The notes: generated by a model from the letters alone, not told the origin. A stretch of 64,000 bases of DNA from Vicinamibacterales bacterium (GCA_035495555.1 DATJFQ010000098.1:12325-76324), one strand, 5' to 3'. Positions 45,376 to 55,522 are shown, numbered from the stretch's first letter. A program made the numbers and translations.

Positions 45376-46554
45376 ATGGCGCTCCAGATTTCCGACGTCC
45401 AGCAGGCGCTCAGGGAAGACGGCCTCGATGGATGGCTCCTCTACGATTTCCATGGGTCGAATCCGATCGCGCGCCGGCTCACGGGCCTCGACGCGCAGGG
45501 GAAAATGACCACTCGCCGTTGGTACTATCTCATTCCCGCAAGCGGCGAGCCGCGAAAGCTTGTTCACGCGATCGAGTCGTACAACCTCGATCATCTACCC
45601 GGCACCAAGACGGTGTACTCGCAGCGCGAAACGCTGGCGGACGGACTCCGCACGATTCTCAACGGCACCCATCGCGTCGCGATGGAGTACTCGCCCAACA
45701 ATGCGATCCCCTACGTCTCCCGCGTCGACGCCGGGACGGTCGAGGCCGTTCGCGCCGCAGGGACCGACGTCGCCTCGTCCGGTGACCTCATCCAGCGCTT
45801 CGAGGCCGTCTGGTCGGACGATGCCCTCGCCACCCATCGTCAGGCGTCTGAAATCCTTTACCGGGTCAAGGACCGCGCCTTCGCCATGATCCGCGACGCC
45901 CGCGCTGCCCGACGTCCCGTGACCGAAGTGGACGTTCAACAAGCCATGCTGGGCTGGTTCGACGAAGAAGGGCTGATCGCGGACGCACCGCCGAACGTCT
46001 CCGCCCAGGAGAACGCCGGCAATCCGCATTACATGCCTGACCGTGCGCACGATCGCCGGATCAACGACAACGAGGTGGTGCTCCTGGATCTCTGGGGCAA
46101 GCTCCCCAAACCCGGCGCGGTGTTTGCTGACATCACGTGGGTCGGCTTTACAGGCTCGAGCGTCCCGGACCGATATGTCAAAGCGTTCGATGCGGCCCGG
46201 GATGGACGCGATGCCGCGGTGGTGCTGGTGAAGCAGGCGACGGCCGACGGGCATGAACTCCGGGGCTTCGAAGTCGACCGCGTCTGCCGCGACGTCATCG
46301 AGCGCGCAGGTTTTGGGGCGCAGTTCATCCACCGCACGGGTCATAGTCTGGGTACCGACGTCCATGGAAATGGCGTCCATATGGACGATTTCGAGACGCA
46401 CGACGAGCGGCGGCTCATCCCGGGGACCGGGTTCACGATCGAGCCGGGCGTCTACACGCCCGAATTCGGGGTGCGAACGGAAATCAACATGTTCATCGGC
46501 CAGCGTGAGGCGTTCGTGACGGGGCCGATGCAGACGGAATTCGTACTTCTGTAG
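45376..46554 (+). CDS. M24-family metallopeptidase (Xaa-Pro aminopeptidase-like)
   Basis: Pita-bread fold motifs VLLDLWG, HRTGHSLG..VHG, FTIEPGVY. Confidence 0.85.
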   Translation: MALQISDVQQALREDGLDGWLLYDFHGSNPIARRLTGLDAQGKMTTRRWYYLIPASGEPRKLVHAIESYNLDHLPGTKTVYSQRETLADGLRTILNGTHRVAMEYSPNNAIPYVSRVDAGTVEAVRAAGTDVASSGDLIQRFEAVWSDDALATHRQASEILYRVKDRAFAMIRDARAARRPVTEVDVQQAMLGWFDEEGLIADAPPNVSAQENAGNPHYMPDRAHDRRINDNEVVLLDLWGKLPKPGAVFADITWVGFTGSSVPDRYVKAFDAARDGRDAAVVLVKQATADGHELRGFEVDRVCRDVIERAGFGAQFIHRTGHSLGTDVHGNGVHMDDFETHDERRLIPGTGFTIEPGVYTPEFGVRTEINMFIGQREAFVTGPMQTEFVLL

Positions 46555-46605
46555 GCCGGGTGACACTTAGAGGGTAGTCAGGAGCTGGAGAGCTGGGAGC
46601 AATAC

Positions 46606-48186
46606 ATGTCGAGCCGCAAGATTTCGCTGTTCTATGCCGTGCTGATCGCCCTCGCGTCGATGGCCGTCACCGCGGTCATCACGTCGAAGATGGACCTGAC
46701 GCCCGTCTCGTCGGCACAGACCGTCGCCGTGCCGTCGACCAACAGCGCGCCGCTCACCGGCGCCATTGATGCGACGACGTTCCGCAATATCGCCAAAGCG
46801 ACAGCGCCCGCGGTCGTCAACATCCAGACGCTCGGCCATGCGAAAGGGCGCGACCTGACCGAGTACTTCGGCAGCCAGGGAGACGACCTGCTCCGGAGAT
46901 TCTTCGGCGGCGGCGGCGACGACCAGACGCCGCCACGCGGCGGCCAGGGGCGCTCGGGGCGGGGCGGCCGCAATCAGGCGCCGGAGATTTCCGGCGCGGG
47001 GACCGGCTTCATCGTCGACAAGGCGGGCTTCATTCTGACCAACAATCACGTCGTCGAGGACGCCGACGACATCCGCGTGAGCCTTTACGGGGCCGAGCGC
47101 GGCGAAACGTACGCCGCCAAGGTGATCGGGCGCGACCTTCTGACCGACTGCGCGCTCATTCAGATGACCGAGCTGCCGAAGCAGCCGCTCGCGGAAGTGC
47201 GGTTCGGTGATTCGGATCAGATGCAGCCGGGCGACTGGGTGATGGCCATCGGAAACCCGTTCCGCCTCGGGCACTCGGTGACCGTCGGCGTGATCAGCGG
47301 CCTTGGTCGTCCCTTCGGCGGCGTGGCGGGCCGTGTGCAGAACATGTTGCAGACCGACGCGGCGATCAATCCCGGCAACTCCGGCGGCCCGCTCCTCAAT
47401 ATCCGCGGCGAAGTGGTGGGGATGAACACCGCGATTTACACGGACCGCAGCGAAGCGAACATCGGCATCGGCTTCGCCACCCCGATTAATGCGCTGCGCG
47501 ATCTGATCCCGCAACTGCGGACCGGAAAGGTCGTCCGCGGCGTGATCGGCGTCCAGGTCGCGACGGACCGCTTGACGCCGGAAGCCGCGAAGCAGTTCGG
47601 GCTGCCGAACACCAACGGCGCGCTCGTCAGCACGGTCAGCCCGAAGGGTCCGGCCGAGAAGGCGGGACTCCAGCCTGGCGACGTCATCGTGGACTACAAC
47701 GGCAAACCCGTAAAAGACAGCGACGAGCTGGTCTCCGACGTCGTCAAGACGAAGCCGGGCACGACGGTTCCGATGACGTATTACCGGAACAATCAGAAGA
47801 AGACGACGAACGTCACGATCGACGAACTGGATCTGGAAGCCGAGCAGGGCCGGGCTGCCGCACGCAACGCGCCGCAGAACAACCCGGACCAGCAGACGTC
47901 GACCGGCCTCGGCATGACGGTCGATGCGATTACGCCGGACATCGCGCGCCGGCTCGACCTGCCGCGCAACCAGGGCGGCGGGATCATCAGCGACGTCGAG
48001 CCGAACAGCCCGGCGTTTGTGGCGGGCCTGGCGCCCGGCGACGTGATTCTCGAGGTGAATCGCCAGCCCGTGAACAACGTCAGCCAGATCACGCGCGAAC
48101 TGCAGAAGGTCGCTGCCGGCCAGCCGGTCTTCCTGCTGATCTGGCGCGACGGATCGACGACGTTTGTGACCGTCACCAAGCGATAG
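46606..48186 (+). CDS. htrA: Do/HtrA-family periplasmic serine endoprotease with two PDZ domains
   Basis: TNNHVV, DCALIQ, TDAAINPGNSGGPLLN catalytic triad context, and two PDZ-like segments (GLQPGDVIV.YNG, GLAPGDVILEVN). Confidence 0.95.
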   Translation: MSSRKISLFYAVLIALASMAVTAVITSKMDLTPVSSAQTVAVPSTNSAPLTGAIDATTFRNIAKATAPAVVNIQTLGHAKGRDLTEYFGSQGDDLLRRFFGGGGDDQTPPRGGQGRSGRGGRNQAPEISGAGTGFIVDKAGFILTNNHVVEDADDIRVSLYGAERGETYAAKVIGRDLLTDCALIQMTELPKQPLAEVRFGDSDQMQPGDWVMAIGNPFRLGHSVTVGVISGLGRPFGGVAGRVQNMLQTDAAINPGNSGGPLLNIRGEVVGMNTAIYTDRSEANIGIGFATPINALRDLIPQLRTGKVVRGVIGVQVATDRLTPEAAKQFGLPNTNGALVSTVSPKGPAEKAGLQPGDVIVDYNGKPVKDSDELVSDVVKTKPGTTVPMTYYRNNQKKTTNVTIDELDLEAEQGRAAARNAPQNNPDQQTSTGLGMTVDAITPDIARRLDLPRNQGGGIISDVEPNSPAFVAGLAPGDVILEVNRQPVNNVSQITRELQKVAAGQPVFLLIWRDGSTTFVTVTKR

Positions 48187-48200
48187 GGTGGTCACCCGGA

Positions 48201-48349
48201 CAACTCCCAACACCCAATTCCCAATTCCCAAGGGTTCGAACTCCCAAGTCCCGGTCCCGGGCTTGGGAGTTTTTGTATCCGCTGGAAATGGGCGGTTAGG
48301 ATTTATTCGGTTCGGGAGCTGGGAATTGGGAGTTGGGAGTTGGGAGTTG
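48201..48349. repeat. nested TTGGGAR-family element: outer inverted arms enclosing a terminator-like hairpin
   Basis: Outer arms CAACTCCCAACACCCAATTCCCAATTCCCAA (48201-31) and TTCGGGAGCTGGGAATTGGGAGTTGGGAGTTGGGAGTTG (48311-49). Confidence 0.85.
48239..48275 (+). terminator. rho-independent terminator candidate for htrA
   Basis: 10-bp perfect stem AACTCCCAAG/CTTGGGAGTT with inner CCCG/CGGG pairing, followed by TTTTTG. Confidence 0.6.
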
Positions 48350-48388
48350 ACACGTTTCAGCTTGTACGGCTGGCTCGGCCTCGCCATC

Positions 48389-49198
48389 ATGGCGGCATCA
48401 GAAATTTTGATGCTGGCGAAGGTTGAGCCGTTCTGGTCGTGGCACACGCCGATTGCCTGGACGGGGTACATCCTCTTCAGCGACGCGTTCGTGCGTTCCC
48501 GCCGCGCGGATTCGCTGCTGTCGACGTACCCGCTCGAGGCCGCTTTCATCGGTGCGGTCGGCATCCCGCTCTGGGTGATCTTCGAGGCGTACAACACCTA
48601 CACGCTTCACAACTGGTACTACATCGGGCTGCCCGAGAATCTCGCGCTGCGATACTTCGGGTTCGCCTGGGCGTTCGCGACGATTTCGATTGCGATCTTC
48701 CTTACCGCCGAGTGCGTCAGCGTGCTGCGCGGCGCTCGCCGTGAAGATCAAGCGGCCACCGTGCCGCCGGTCATTCCGCTCGGGATCGGTGGCGGCGTCA
48801 GCGTGGTCATCGGCGCCGTCATGCTGCTGCTGCCCATCGTGCATCCATCGGATTGGCTGGCGGCGCCCGTCTGGCTCGGGTTCATCTTCTTGCTCGATCC
48901 CCTGAATGCGGCCAACGGTGCGGAGTCGATCCGCGGCGATCTGCGGGAGGGCCACACGGGACGTCTGAAGAACCTGCTCGTGTCAGGGGTGATCTGCGGA
49001 TTCATCTGGGAGTTCTGGAACTACTGGGCGGGCTCGAAGTGGATTTACACCGTTCCGGTGCCGCCGCACGTCAAGATCTTCGAGATGCCGGTGGCGGGAT
49101 TCTTCGGATTCCCGCCGTTCGCCGTCGAATGCTTCACGATGTACGTGTTCGTGCGGCACCTGATCTGGCGGCGGGCCTGGCGGCCCGTGGCGATATAA
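48389..49198 (+). CDS. integral membrane protein, function unknown
   Basis: Multiple hydrophobic helices. ATG at 48389, or TTG at 48347 at the edge of the repeat arm. The upstream part of ORF 48188.. is translated repeat. Confidence 0.55.
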   Translation: MAASEILMLAKVEPFWSWHTPIAWTGYILFSDAFVRSRRADSLLSTYPLEAAFIGAVGIPLWVIFEAYNTYTLHNWYYIGLPENLALRYFGFAWAFATISIAIFLTAECVSVLRGARREDQAATVPPVIPLGIGGGVSVVIGAVMLLLPIVHPSDWLAAPVWLGFIFLLDPLNAANGAESIRGDLREGHTGRLKNLLVSGVICGFIWEFWNYWAGSKWIYTVPVPPHVKIFEMPVAGFFGFPPFAVECFTMYVFVRHLIWRRAWRPVAI

Positions 49199-49199
49199 T
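49194..49199 (+). promoter_or_regulatory. candidate -10 box TATAAT
   Basis: Perfect TATAAT overlapping the preceding stop, 21 nt before the GGGAGG-ATG at 49221. Confidence 0.35.
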
Positions 49200-49220
49200 C
49201 CGGTCTTTCGCGGGAGGACC

Positions 49221-49787
49221 ATGTCGACGACAGCGTCGTTCGAGCGGGAAATCAAGCTGAGGTTCGCCTCCGCGGACGAAGCACGCGCCGCCGTCCTCGA
49301 GGCCGGCGCCACGCCCCTGCACGGCCGGCGCCTCCAGGAGGACTCGCTGCTCGACACGGAGGAGGAGACGTTGCGGCGACGCCGCTGCGTGCTCCGCGTC
49401 CGGGTGGAGAACGGCAAGAGCCGACTGACCTTCAAGGGGCCGGTCCAGCCGTCGACCATGAAGCTGCGCGAAGAGCTGGAGACAGTCGTCGGTGACGGCG
49501 AAGTGCTGCTGCGCGTCCTCTCGGAGCTTGGTCTCCACGTGTGGTTCCGGTACGAGAAGTACCGCGAGGAGTTTGCGCACGAAGACGTCATCGTCGCGAT
49601 CGATGAGACTCCGGTCGGCGTGTTCGTGGAGATCGAGGGCAGCGAAAACGGGATCACGGCGATGGCGGAAGCGCTCGGCCGCACGTCCGCGGATTACGTG
49701 CTCGATTCGTACCGCGGCCTGTTCCTCAAACACCGCGAGGAGTTCGGGCTGTCGGGGGCCGATATGTCCTTCGACGGCGATCAATAG
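49221..49787 (+). CDS. CYTH-domain protein (triphosphate tunnel metalloenzyme / class IV adenylyl cyclase-like)
   Basis: N-terminal FEREIKLRF (ExExK motif), ~188 aa, with the alternating charged beta-strands typical of CYTH. Confidence 0.8.
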   Translation: MSTTASFEREIKLRFASADEARAAVLEAGATPLHGRRLQEDSLLDTEEETLRRRRCVLRVRVENGKSRLTFKGPVQPSTMKLREELETVVGDGEVLLRVLSELGLHVWFRYEKYREEFAHEDVIVAIDETPVGVFVEIEGSENGITAMAEALGRTSADYVLDSYRGLFLKHREEFGLSGADMSFDGDQ

Positions 49788-49793
49788 GCGCGA

Positions 49794-50765
49794 GTGAGCG
49801 CCTCCACGGGCACATCGACGGCAGGACCGTTTCAGCGCGCACTCGTCCTCACGGCGGGGCTCGGCACCCGGCTGCGGCCGCTCACGCTCGCGCGCGCCAA
49901 GGCGGCGGTGCCTGTCGACGGCGAGCCGCTCGCGTCGCGCGTGATCCGCTGGCTGGCGGCCTCGGGGGTCAGAGACCTCGTCCTGAATCTCCATCACAAG
50001 CCGGACACGATTACCGGAACGATCGGCGACGGCTCATCGCTCGGCGTCCGTGTCCGCTATTCATGGGAGACGCCGGTCCTCGGCTCCGCGGGCGGACCGC
50101 GTCGTGCGCTCCCGCTGCTCGTCGACGGTCTCGATCCCGCACCGCCGCTGCTCTTCGTCAACGGCGACACGCTGACCGACGTACGGCTCGCCGATCTCGC
50201 CGACCACCACGCACGGACGGGCGCACTCGTCACGATGGCGCTCATTCCCAACCCGCGGCCGGACAAGTACGGCGGCGTCGTGCTGGATGCGAACGACGCC
50301 GTAACCGGGTTCACGAAACGCGGAAGCGCCGTGGAGTCGTTTCATTTCATCGGCGTACAGGTTGCGGAGCCCCGTGTTTTCGCGTCGCTGGGCGATGGCG
50401 TGTTTGCGGAATCGGTCCTGGGTATTTACCCGGAGATGATGTCCGTCTCGCCGGGATGCATCCGAGGATTCGTGAGCAACGCCAGCTTCTACGATATCGG
50501 CACGCCCGCCGATCTGCTCGCGACGTCGCTCGATCTCGCCGCCGCCGACAGCCGCCCCGGCGCCCCACGCCATGGAAAGCGTGTCCGGATCGATCCCTCC
50601 GCGCGTGTCGAGCGCTGTGTGCTCTGGGACGACGTGACAGTTGAGTCAGGTGCATCGCTCCGCGACTGCATCGTCGCCGACGGCGTAACGATCGCCGGCG
50701 GCGAAACCTTCGAGCGCCAGGCGATCGTCATGGACGAAGATCGGCGCGTAATCGAACGGCTGTGA
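49794..50765 (+). CDS. sugar-1-phosphate nucleotidyltransferase with C-terminal left-handed beta-helix (MurU-like candidate)
   Basis: ALVLTAGLGTRLRPLT (GxGTRL), NGD..TD. C-terminal hexapeptide-like repeats. GTG start. Confidence 0.7.
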   Translation: MSASTGTSTAGPFQRALVLTAGLGTRLRPLTLARAKAAVPVDGEPLASRVIRWLAASGVRDLVLNLHHKPDTITGTIGDGSSLGVRVRYSWETPVLGSAGGPRRALPLLVDGLDPAPPLLFVNGDTLTDVRLADLADHHARTGALVTMALIPNPRPDKYGGVVLDANDAVTGFTKRGSAVESFHFIGVQVAEPRVFASLGDGVFAESVLGIYPEMMSVSPGCIRGFVSNASFYDIGTPADLLATSLDLAAADSRPGAPRHGKRVRIDPSARVERCVLWDDVTVESGASLRDCIVADGVTIAGGETFERQAIVMDEDRRVIERL

Positions 50766-50769
50766 GAGG

Positions 50770-50839
50770 GCACCGAGCACCAAGCACCCCGCACCGAGCA
50801 CGAAGCACCGCGCACGAAGCACCGCGCGCGAAGCGCGCC
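50770..50839. repeat. single-orientation tandem heptamer array (GCACCGA GCACCAA GCACCCC GCACCGA GCACGAA GCACCGC GCACGAA GCACCGC GCGCGAA GCGCGCC)
   Basis: Ten contiguous 7-nt units read directly between the two genes. Confidence 0.9.
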
Positions 50840-50861
50840 CAGATGTGGCAGAATCCGTCGG

Positions 50862-51884
50862 ATGGATGGCAGCGCAACGGCGCCATCGGTAGCCCGCGCG
50901 AAGATAGACGGGTTCCTGGGACGCAGCGGTTACGCGGCGCAGTCGCCGCGGGTCGTCCCGCTGACGGGTGACGCGTCGGATCGCCGGTACTTCCGGATCC
51001 TTCTGGCGAACGAGCCGTCGATCGTGCTGTCGCTGTACACAACGCCGTTCAGGTTCGACGAGCTGTCGTTCGTCAACGTCGCGCAGCTTCTCGAGCAGAT
51101 GCCGATCCCCGTGCCTCGCGTCCTTGGCCACGCGGACGATCTCGGTGTGCTGGCGCTGCAGGATCTCGGCGACGTCACCCTGCAGGCGCATCTCGGTGCG
51201 GCGACGCCGTCGGAGCACGCCGCGCTGTACCGTCAAGCGGTTGCGCTCATCGCGACGCTGCAGCGCTACGGCGCGGAGCTCGCGTCCCCCAGGTATCTGC
51301 CGTACGGGATCGCGTTCGATGTCGAGAAGCTGACGTGGGAGATGGACTTCTTCACGAAGCATTTCCTCGAGGCGTATCGCGGCGTCACCCTGACGACCGC
51401 CGAGCGCGAGGCGCTCAAGCGGGAACTCGCGCACATCATCGAGGAGCTTGCGGCGGACGAGCGCGTGCTCTGCCACCGGGATTATCACAGCCGCAACCTG
51501 ATGCTGCACGATTCGCAGCTGTACATGATCGATTTTCAGGACGCGCGGATGGGGCCCGACACGTACGACCTCGTGTCGCTGCTGCGCGATTCCTACGCCG
51601 ACCTGGCCGAAAGCGCCGTCGACGAGCTGATCGCCTATTTTCTGGCGCTGCGCGGCCAGAGCGGGAGACAACGCGAGTTCCGCGACCGCTTCGACGTCAT
51701 GGCGGTGCAGCGGAACCTGAAGGCGCTCGGTACCTTCGGGTATCAGACGACGGCCCGCCGAAATCCCGTGTACATCCAATACATCCCTCGCACGTTGAAG
51801 TACGTGCGCGACAACCTCGAAGCAAAACCGCGATTCGCACGGCTTCGGGAGCTCCTGGCCACCCACGTCGAAGAGTTCAGGTAG
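50862..51884 (+). CDS. aminoglycoside-phosphotransferase-fold kinase (AmgK-like anomeric sugar kinase candidate)
   Basis: SDRRYFRI, LCHRDYHSRNLML (catalytic loop), IDFQDARMGP. Confidence 0.7.
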   Translation: MDGSATAPSVARAKIDGFLGRSGYAAQSPRVVPLTGDASDRRYFRILLANEPSIVLSLYTTPFRFDELSFVNVAQLLEQMPIPVPRVLGHADDLGVLALQDLGDVTLQAHLGAATPSEHAALYRQAVALIATLQRYGAELASPRYLPYGIAFDVEKLTWEMDFFTKHFLEAYRGVTLTTAEREALKRELAHIIEELAADERVLCHRDYHSRNLMLHDSQLYMIDFQDARMGPDTYDLVSLLRDSYADLAESAVDELIAYFLALRGQSGRQREFRDRFDVMAVQRNLKALGTFGYQTTARRNPVYIQYIPRTLKYVRDNLEAKPRFARLRELLATHVEEFR

Positions 51885-51931
51885 CGACCTTCGGCGGCGG
51901 TTCGGCCCTGCTACAATGGAATGTTCCCCCC

Positions 51932-52765
51932 ATGCGATTCGGCATTTCCACGCACCTGTACCACGACCAGCGGCTCACGCTCGACCATTTGGCGGAGATT
52001 GCGTCGTACGGCTTCGAGGCGGTGGAAGTCTTCGCCACCAGAAGCCACTTCGATTACCAGGACGCGGCCGCGATCGACCAGCTCGCCGGGTGGCTCGGGC
52101 AGACCGGCCTCGTGCTGCACGGGGTCCACGCGCCCATTACGGATCGCCTTTCGCCCGGCGGCGAGTGGGGCGCCGCGATCTCGAACGCGGTGAGCGACAA
52201 CGCCCGTCGAGAGGCCGCGGTGCGCGAGGCCGACGCTGCACTTGCCATCGTGAAGCGCATCCCCGCGAACGTATTCGTCGTACACCTCGGCACGCCGACG
52301 GTGCAGGGAGGCGAAAACAACCGGAGCGCCGCATTCCGCAGCGCGGCCGAAATCTGCCGGCTCGCCCAGGCGGCGGGCGTGCAGGCCGCGCTCGAAGTGA
52401 TCCCGAACGACCTGTCCGACGCGCAATCGCTGGTGACGCTCATCGAGCGCGATCTCGAAGGGTTGAACGCCGGAATCTGCCTCGATTTCGGGCACGCGTT
52501 CCTCATGGGTGACGTCGCCGACACCATCGAAGCCGTCGCGGAACACCTCGTCACGACCCACGTACACGACAACGACGGTCGGAAAGACGACCACCTGGTC
52601 CCGTTCGACGGACGGATCAACTGGGACATGGCGTTGATGACGATGCAGAAAGTCGGGTACGACGGGACCTATCTGATGGAGCTCGCGAACACGAGCACGC
52701 CGGTCGAGGTCCTCACGAAAGCGCGCGCGGCGCGCCAGCGCTTTGAAAAGCTTCTGACATACTGA
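51932..52765 (+). CDS. sugar phosphate isomerase/epimerase (xylose-isomerase-like TIM barrel)
   Basis: ATG at 51932 gives [10 protein letters not shown]... [31 protein letters not shown]. Confidence 0.8.
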   Translation: MRFGISTHLYHDQRLTLDHLAEIASYGFEAVEVFATRSHFDYQDAAAIDQLAGWLGQTGLVLHGVHAPITDRLSPGGEWGAAISNAVSDNARREAAVREADAALAIVKRIPANVFVVHLGTPTVQGGENNRSAAFRSAAEICRLAQAAGVQAALEVIPNDLSDAQSLVTLIERDLEGLNAGICLDFGHAFLMGDVADTIEAVAEHLVTTHVHDNDGRKDDHLVPFDGRINWDMALMTMQKVGYDGTYLMELANTSTPVEVLTKARAARQRFEKLLTY

Positions 52766-52799
52766 CCGCGCGGACGCACACGCACACGAGCACCCCATC

Positions 52800-54098
52800 A
52801 TGACGCCGATCGCCTACATCGAGGACATCGCCCGCTTCGAAGGACAGACCGTCCGTCTTCGCGGATGGCTCCACAATCGGCGGTCGAGCGGAAAGATCCA
52901 CTTCCTGACGCTCCGCGACGGGACGGGCTTCATCCAGTGTGTCATGGTGAAAAAGCAGGTCGGCGACGAGCAGTTCACGCGGGCCGACCACCTGGCGCAG
53001 GAGAGCGCCATCATCATCGAGGGCAGCGTGCGCGCCGATTCGCGCGCGCCGGGCGGGTATGAGATCGACGTCGCCAGCCTCGAGGTGGTCTCCGAGTCGA
53101 AGGACTTCCCCATCACGCCGAAGGAGCACGGGGTCGACTACCTCATGGATCGGCGGCACCTGTGGATCCGCTCGCAGCGCCAGGCTGCGATCCTGCGCGT
53201 GCGTCACGAGGTGATCAATGCGGTCCGCGATTTCTTTAACAGCCGCGGGTTCGTCCTCGCCGATACGCCGATCTTCACGCCAGCCGCGTGCGAAGGCACC
53301 ACGACGCTGTTCCCGGTCCAGTACTTCGACGACGCAACCGCGTACCTGACGCAGAGCGGGCAGCTCTACAACGAAGCAAACGCGATGGCGCTCGGCCGGG
53401 TGTATGCGTTCGGCCCGACGTTCAGGGCGGAAAAATCCAAGACGCGGCGCCATCTCACCGAGTTCTGGATGGTCGAGCCCGAGATGGCGTACGCGACGCT
53501 TGACGACGTGATGGATCTGGCCGAGGGGCTGATCGTGTCGGTCGTGGGGCGCGTCCTGGAGACGCGTAAGCACGAACTGCAGGCGCTCGAACGCGACACC
53601 ACGAAGCTCGAACGCGTGCAGTCGCCGTTTCCGCGGATCTCGTACGACGACGCGGTCGAGATCCTGACGAAGAAGGGGCTGCCGTTCGAATGGGGCGGCG
53701 ACTTCGGGGCCCCCGACGAGACGGCGCTGTCGGAGGACTTCGACCGCCCGGTCTGCGTCCATCGGTACCCATCGAAGGTGAAGGCGTTTTACATGAAGCC
53801 GGATCCCGACCGGCCCGAGGTGGCCCTCGGCGTCGACGTGCTCGCGCCGGAAGGCTACGGCGAGATCATCGGCGGCGGCGAGCGCATCTCCGACTACGAC
53901 CTGCTGCTGCAGCGGATCAAGGAACACGATCTGCCGCAGGAGGCCTTCGAGTGGTACCTCGACCTGCGCCGCTACGGCACCGTGCCGCACGGCGGCTTCG
54001 GCATGGGGATCGAGCGCTGCGTGTCCTGGATCTGCGGGTTGGAACACCTGCGGGAAGCCATTCCCTATCCACGAATGTTGTACAGGCTGTATCCGTGA
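52800..54098 (+). CDS. asnS: asparagine--tRNA ligase
   Basis: Collinear with Thermus-type AsnRS: [75 protein letters not shown]. Confidence 0.93.
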   Translation: MTPIAYIEDIARFEGQTVRLRGWLHNRRSSGKIHFLTLRDGTGFIQCVMVKKQVGDEQFTRADHLAQESAIIIEGSVRADSRAPGGYEIDVASLEVVSESKDFPITPKEHGVDYLMDRRHLWIRSQRQAAILRVRHEVINAVRDFFNSRGFVLADTPIFTPAACEGTTTLFPVQYFDDATAYLTQSGQLYNEANAMALGRVYAFGPTFRAEKSKTRRHLTEFWMVEPEMAYATLDDVMDLAEGLIVSVVGRVLETRKHELQALERDTTKLERVQSPFPRISYDDAVEILTKKGLPFEWGGDFGAPDETALSEDFDRPVCVHRYPSKVKAFYMKPDPDRPEVALGVDVLAPEGYGEIIGGGERISDYDLLLQRIKEHDLPQEAFEWYLDLRRYGTVPHGGFGMGIERCVSWICGLEHLREAIPYPRMLYRLYP

Positions 54099-55522
54099 GC
54101 AAGGTAGGCTTCGTCTCCCTCGGTTGTCCAAAGAACCTCGTCGACGGCGAGGTAATGCTGGGGCTCGCGCAGCAGGCGGGTCATGAGATCACGGCGTCGG
54201 CACAGGACGCCGACGTGATTGTCGTGAACACGTGCGCCTTCATCGACAAGGCGAAGCAGGAGTCGATCGACACGATCCTCGAAATGGCGCAGCAGAAGCG
54301 CGACGGCTCCTGCAAACGCCTCGTTGTCACGGGGTGCCTGGCCGAGCGCTATCGCGACGAACTGAAGAAGGAGATCGGCGAAATCGACGCCGTCCTCGGG
54401 ACGGGCGAAGTCGAAGGGATCATCGAAGCGCTCAGTCCGAGGGACGATGCTCGAGGTTCGATGGACGATGGCCGTCGCCCGATGACCTTTCACAAGAGGA
54501 GCATCGCCACTCGATCATCGAGCATCGAACATCGAACATCGCCCATCGACCATCGATCACTACCCACATACATCTACGACGCGGACACGCCGCGCGTCAT
54601 CACCACGCCGAAGCACTTCGCGTACGTCAAAATCGGCGAAGGCTGCGACTACACCTGCGCCTTCTGCATCATCCCGACCCTCCGCGGCAAGTACCGCAGT
54701 CGCACCGCAGACTCCATCGTCCGCGAGGCGCAATCACTGGCGGAGCGCGGCGTCAGGGAACTTCTGCTGATTTCTCAGGACACGACGTTCTATGGGATCG
54801 ATCGCGGTGAACGCGGAGCACTCGCGCGCCTGCTGCGGCGGCTGAATGCCATCGACGGACTGGCGTGGATTCGGCTCCTCTATCTCTATCCGACCACCAT
54901 CACCGACGATGTCCTGGACGCGATGGCGGAGTGCGAGAAGGTGTGCCGCTATGTCGACCTGCCGCTGCAGCACGCCTCTGCCGCGGTGCTGAAGCGGATG
55001 CGGCGTCCCGGCAACCGGAAGACGTATGACGCGCTGCTCTCCCGGATCCGCGCACGCGTCCCCGGCGTCACATTGAGGACGACGTTCATCGTCGGCTTTC
55101 CCGGCGAGACCGAAACCGACTTCGGCGAGCTCGAGTCGTTCGTCGAGGACACGCGGTTCGACCACATCGGCGTGTTCACCTATTCCCACGAGGAAGGCAC
55201 GCGGGCCTTTGCGGCGGCAGACGACGTAGCCGCGCCCAGCAAACGGGCACGCCGCAACCGGCTGATGAAGCGGCAGCAGCGGATCGTGAACACGGCGCAC
55301 GAAAGCCGGATCGGTTCGCAGGTGCGGGTGCTGGTCGACGGCCCGTCCGCCGAGCATGAGTTGGTGCTCCAAGGCCGCCTGGAAGGGCAGGCGCCCGACA
55401 TTGATCCGGTGGTTTATCTCACCGATTGCGATCCTGCTGAGGTTGCGCCCGGGGACCTCATCAATGCACGCCTGCTCGCCTCCAAAGGCTACGACCTCGT
55501 CGCCGCGCCGCTGCGGCCCTGA
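54095..55522 (+). CDS. rimO: ribosomal protein S12 methylthiotransferase
   Basis: GTG overlaps the asnS stop (GTGA). [21 protein letters not shown], radical-SAM [16 protein letters not shown]-like C-terminus. Contains a repeat-derived insert. Confidence 0.9.
   Translation: MSKVGFVSLGCPKNLVDGEVMLGLAQQAGHEITASAQDADVIVVNTCAFIDKAKQESIDTILEMAQQKRDGSCKRLVVTGCLAERYRDELKKEIGEIDAVLGTGEVEGIIEALSPRDDARGSMDDGRRPMTFHKRSIATRSSSIEHRTSPIDHRSLPTYIYDADTPRVITTPKHFAYVKIGEGCDYTCAFCIIPTLRGKYRSRTADSIVREAQSLAERGVRELLLISQDTTFYGIDRGERGALARLLRRLNAIDGLAWIRLLYLYPTTITDDVLDAMAECEKVCRYVDLPLQHASAAVLKRMRRPGNRKTYDALLSRIRARVPGVTLRTTFIVGFPGETETDFGELESFVEDTRFDHIGVFTYSHEEGTRAFAAADDVAAPSKRARRNRLMKRQQRIVNTAHESRIGSQVRVLVDGPSAEHELVLQGRLEGQAPDIDPVVYLTDCDPAEVAPGDLINARLLASKGYDLVAAPLRP
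54443..54558. repeat. inverted heptamer hairpin (CGATG arm / CATCG arm) in-frame inside rimO
   Basis: GACGATGCTCGAGGTTCGATGGACGATGGCCGTCGCCCGATGACC ... GCATCGCCACTCGATCATCGAGCATCGAACATCGAACATCGCCCATCGACCATCGATC. Confidence 0.8.
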
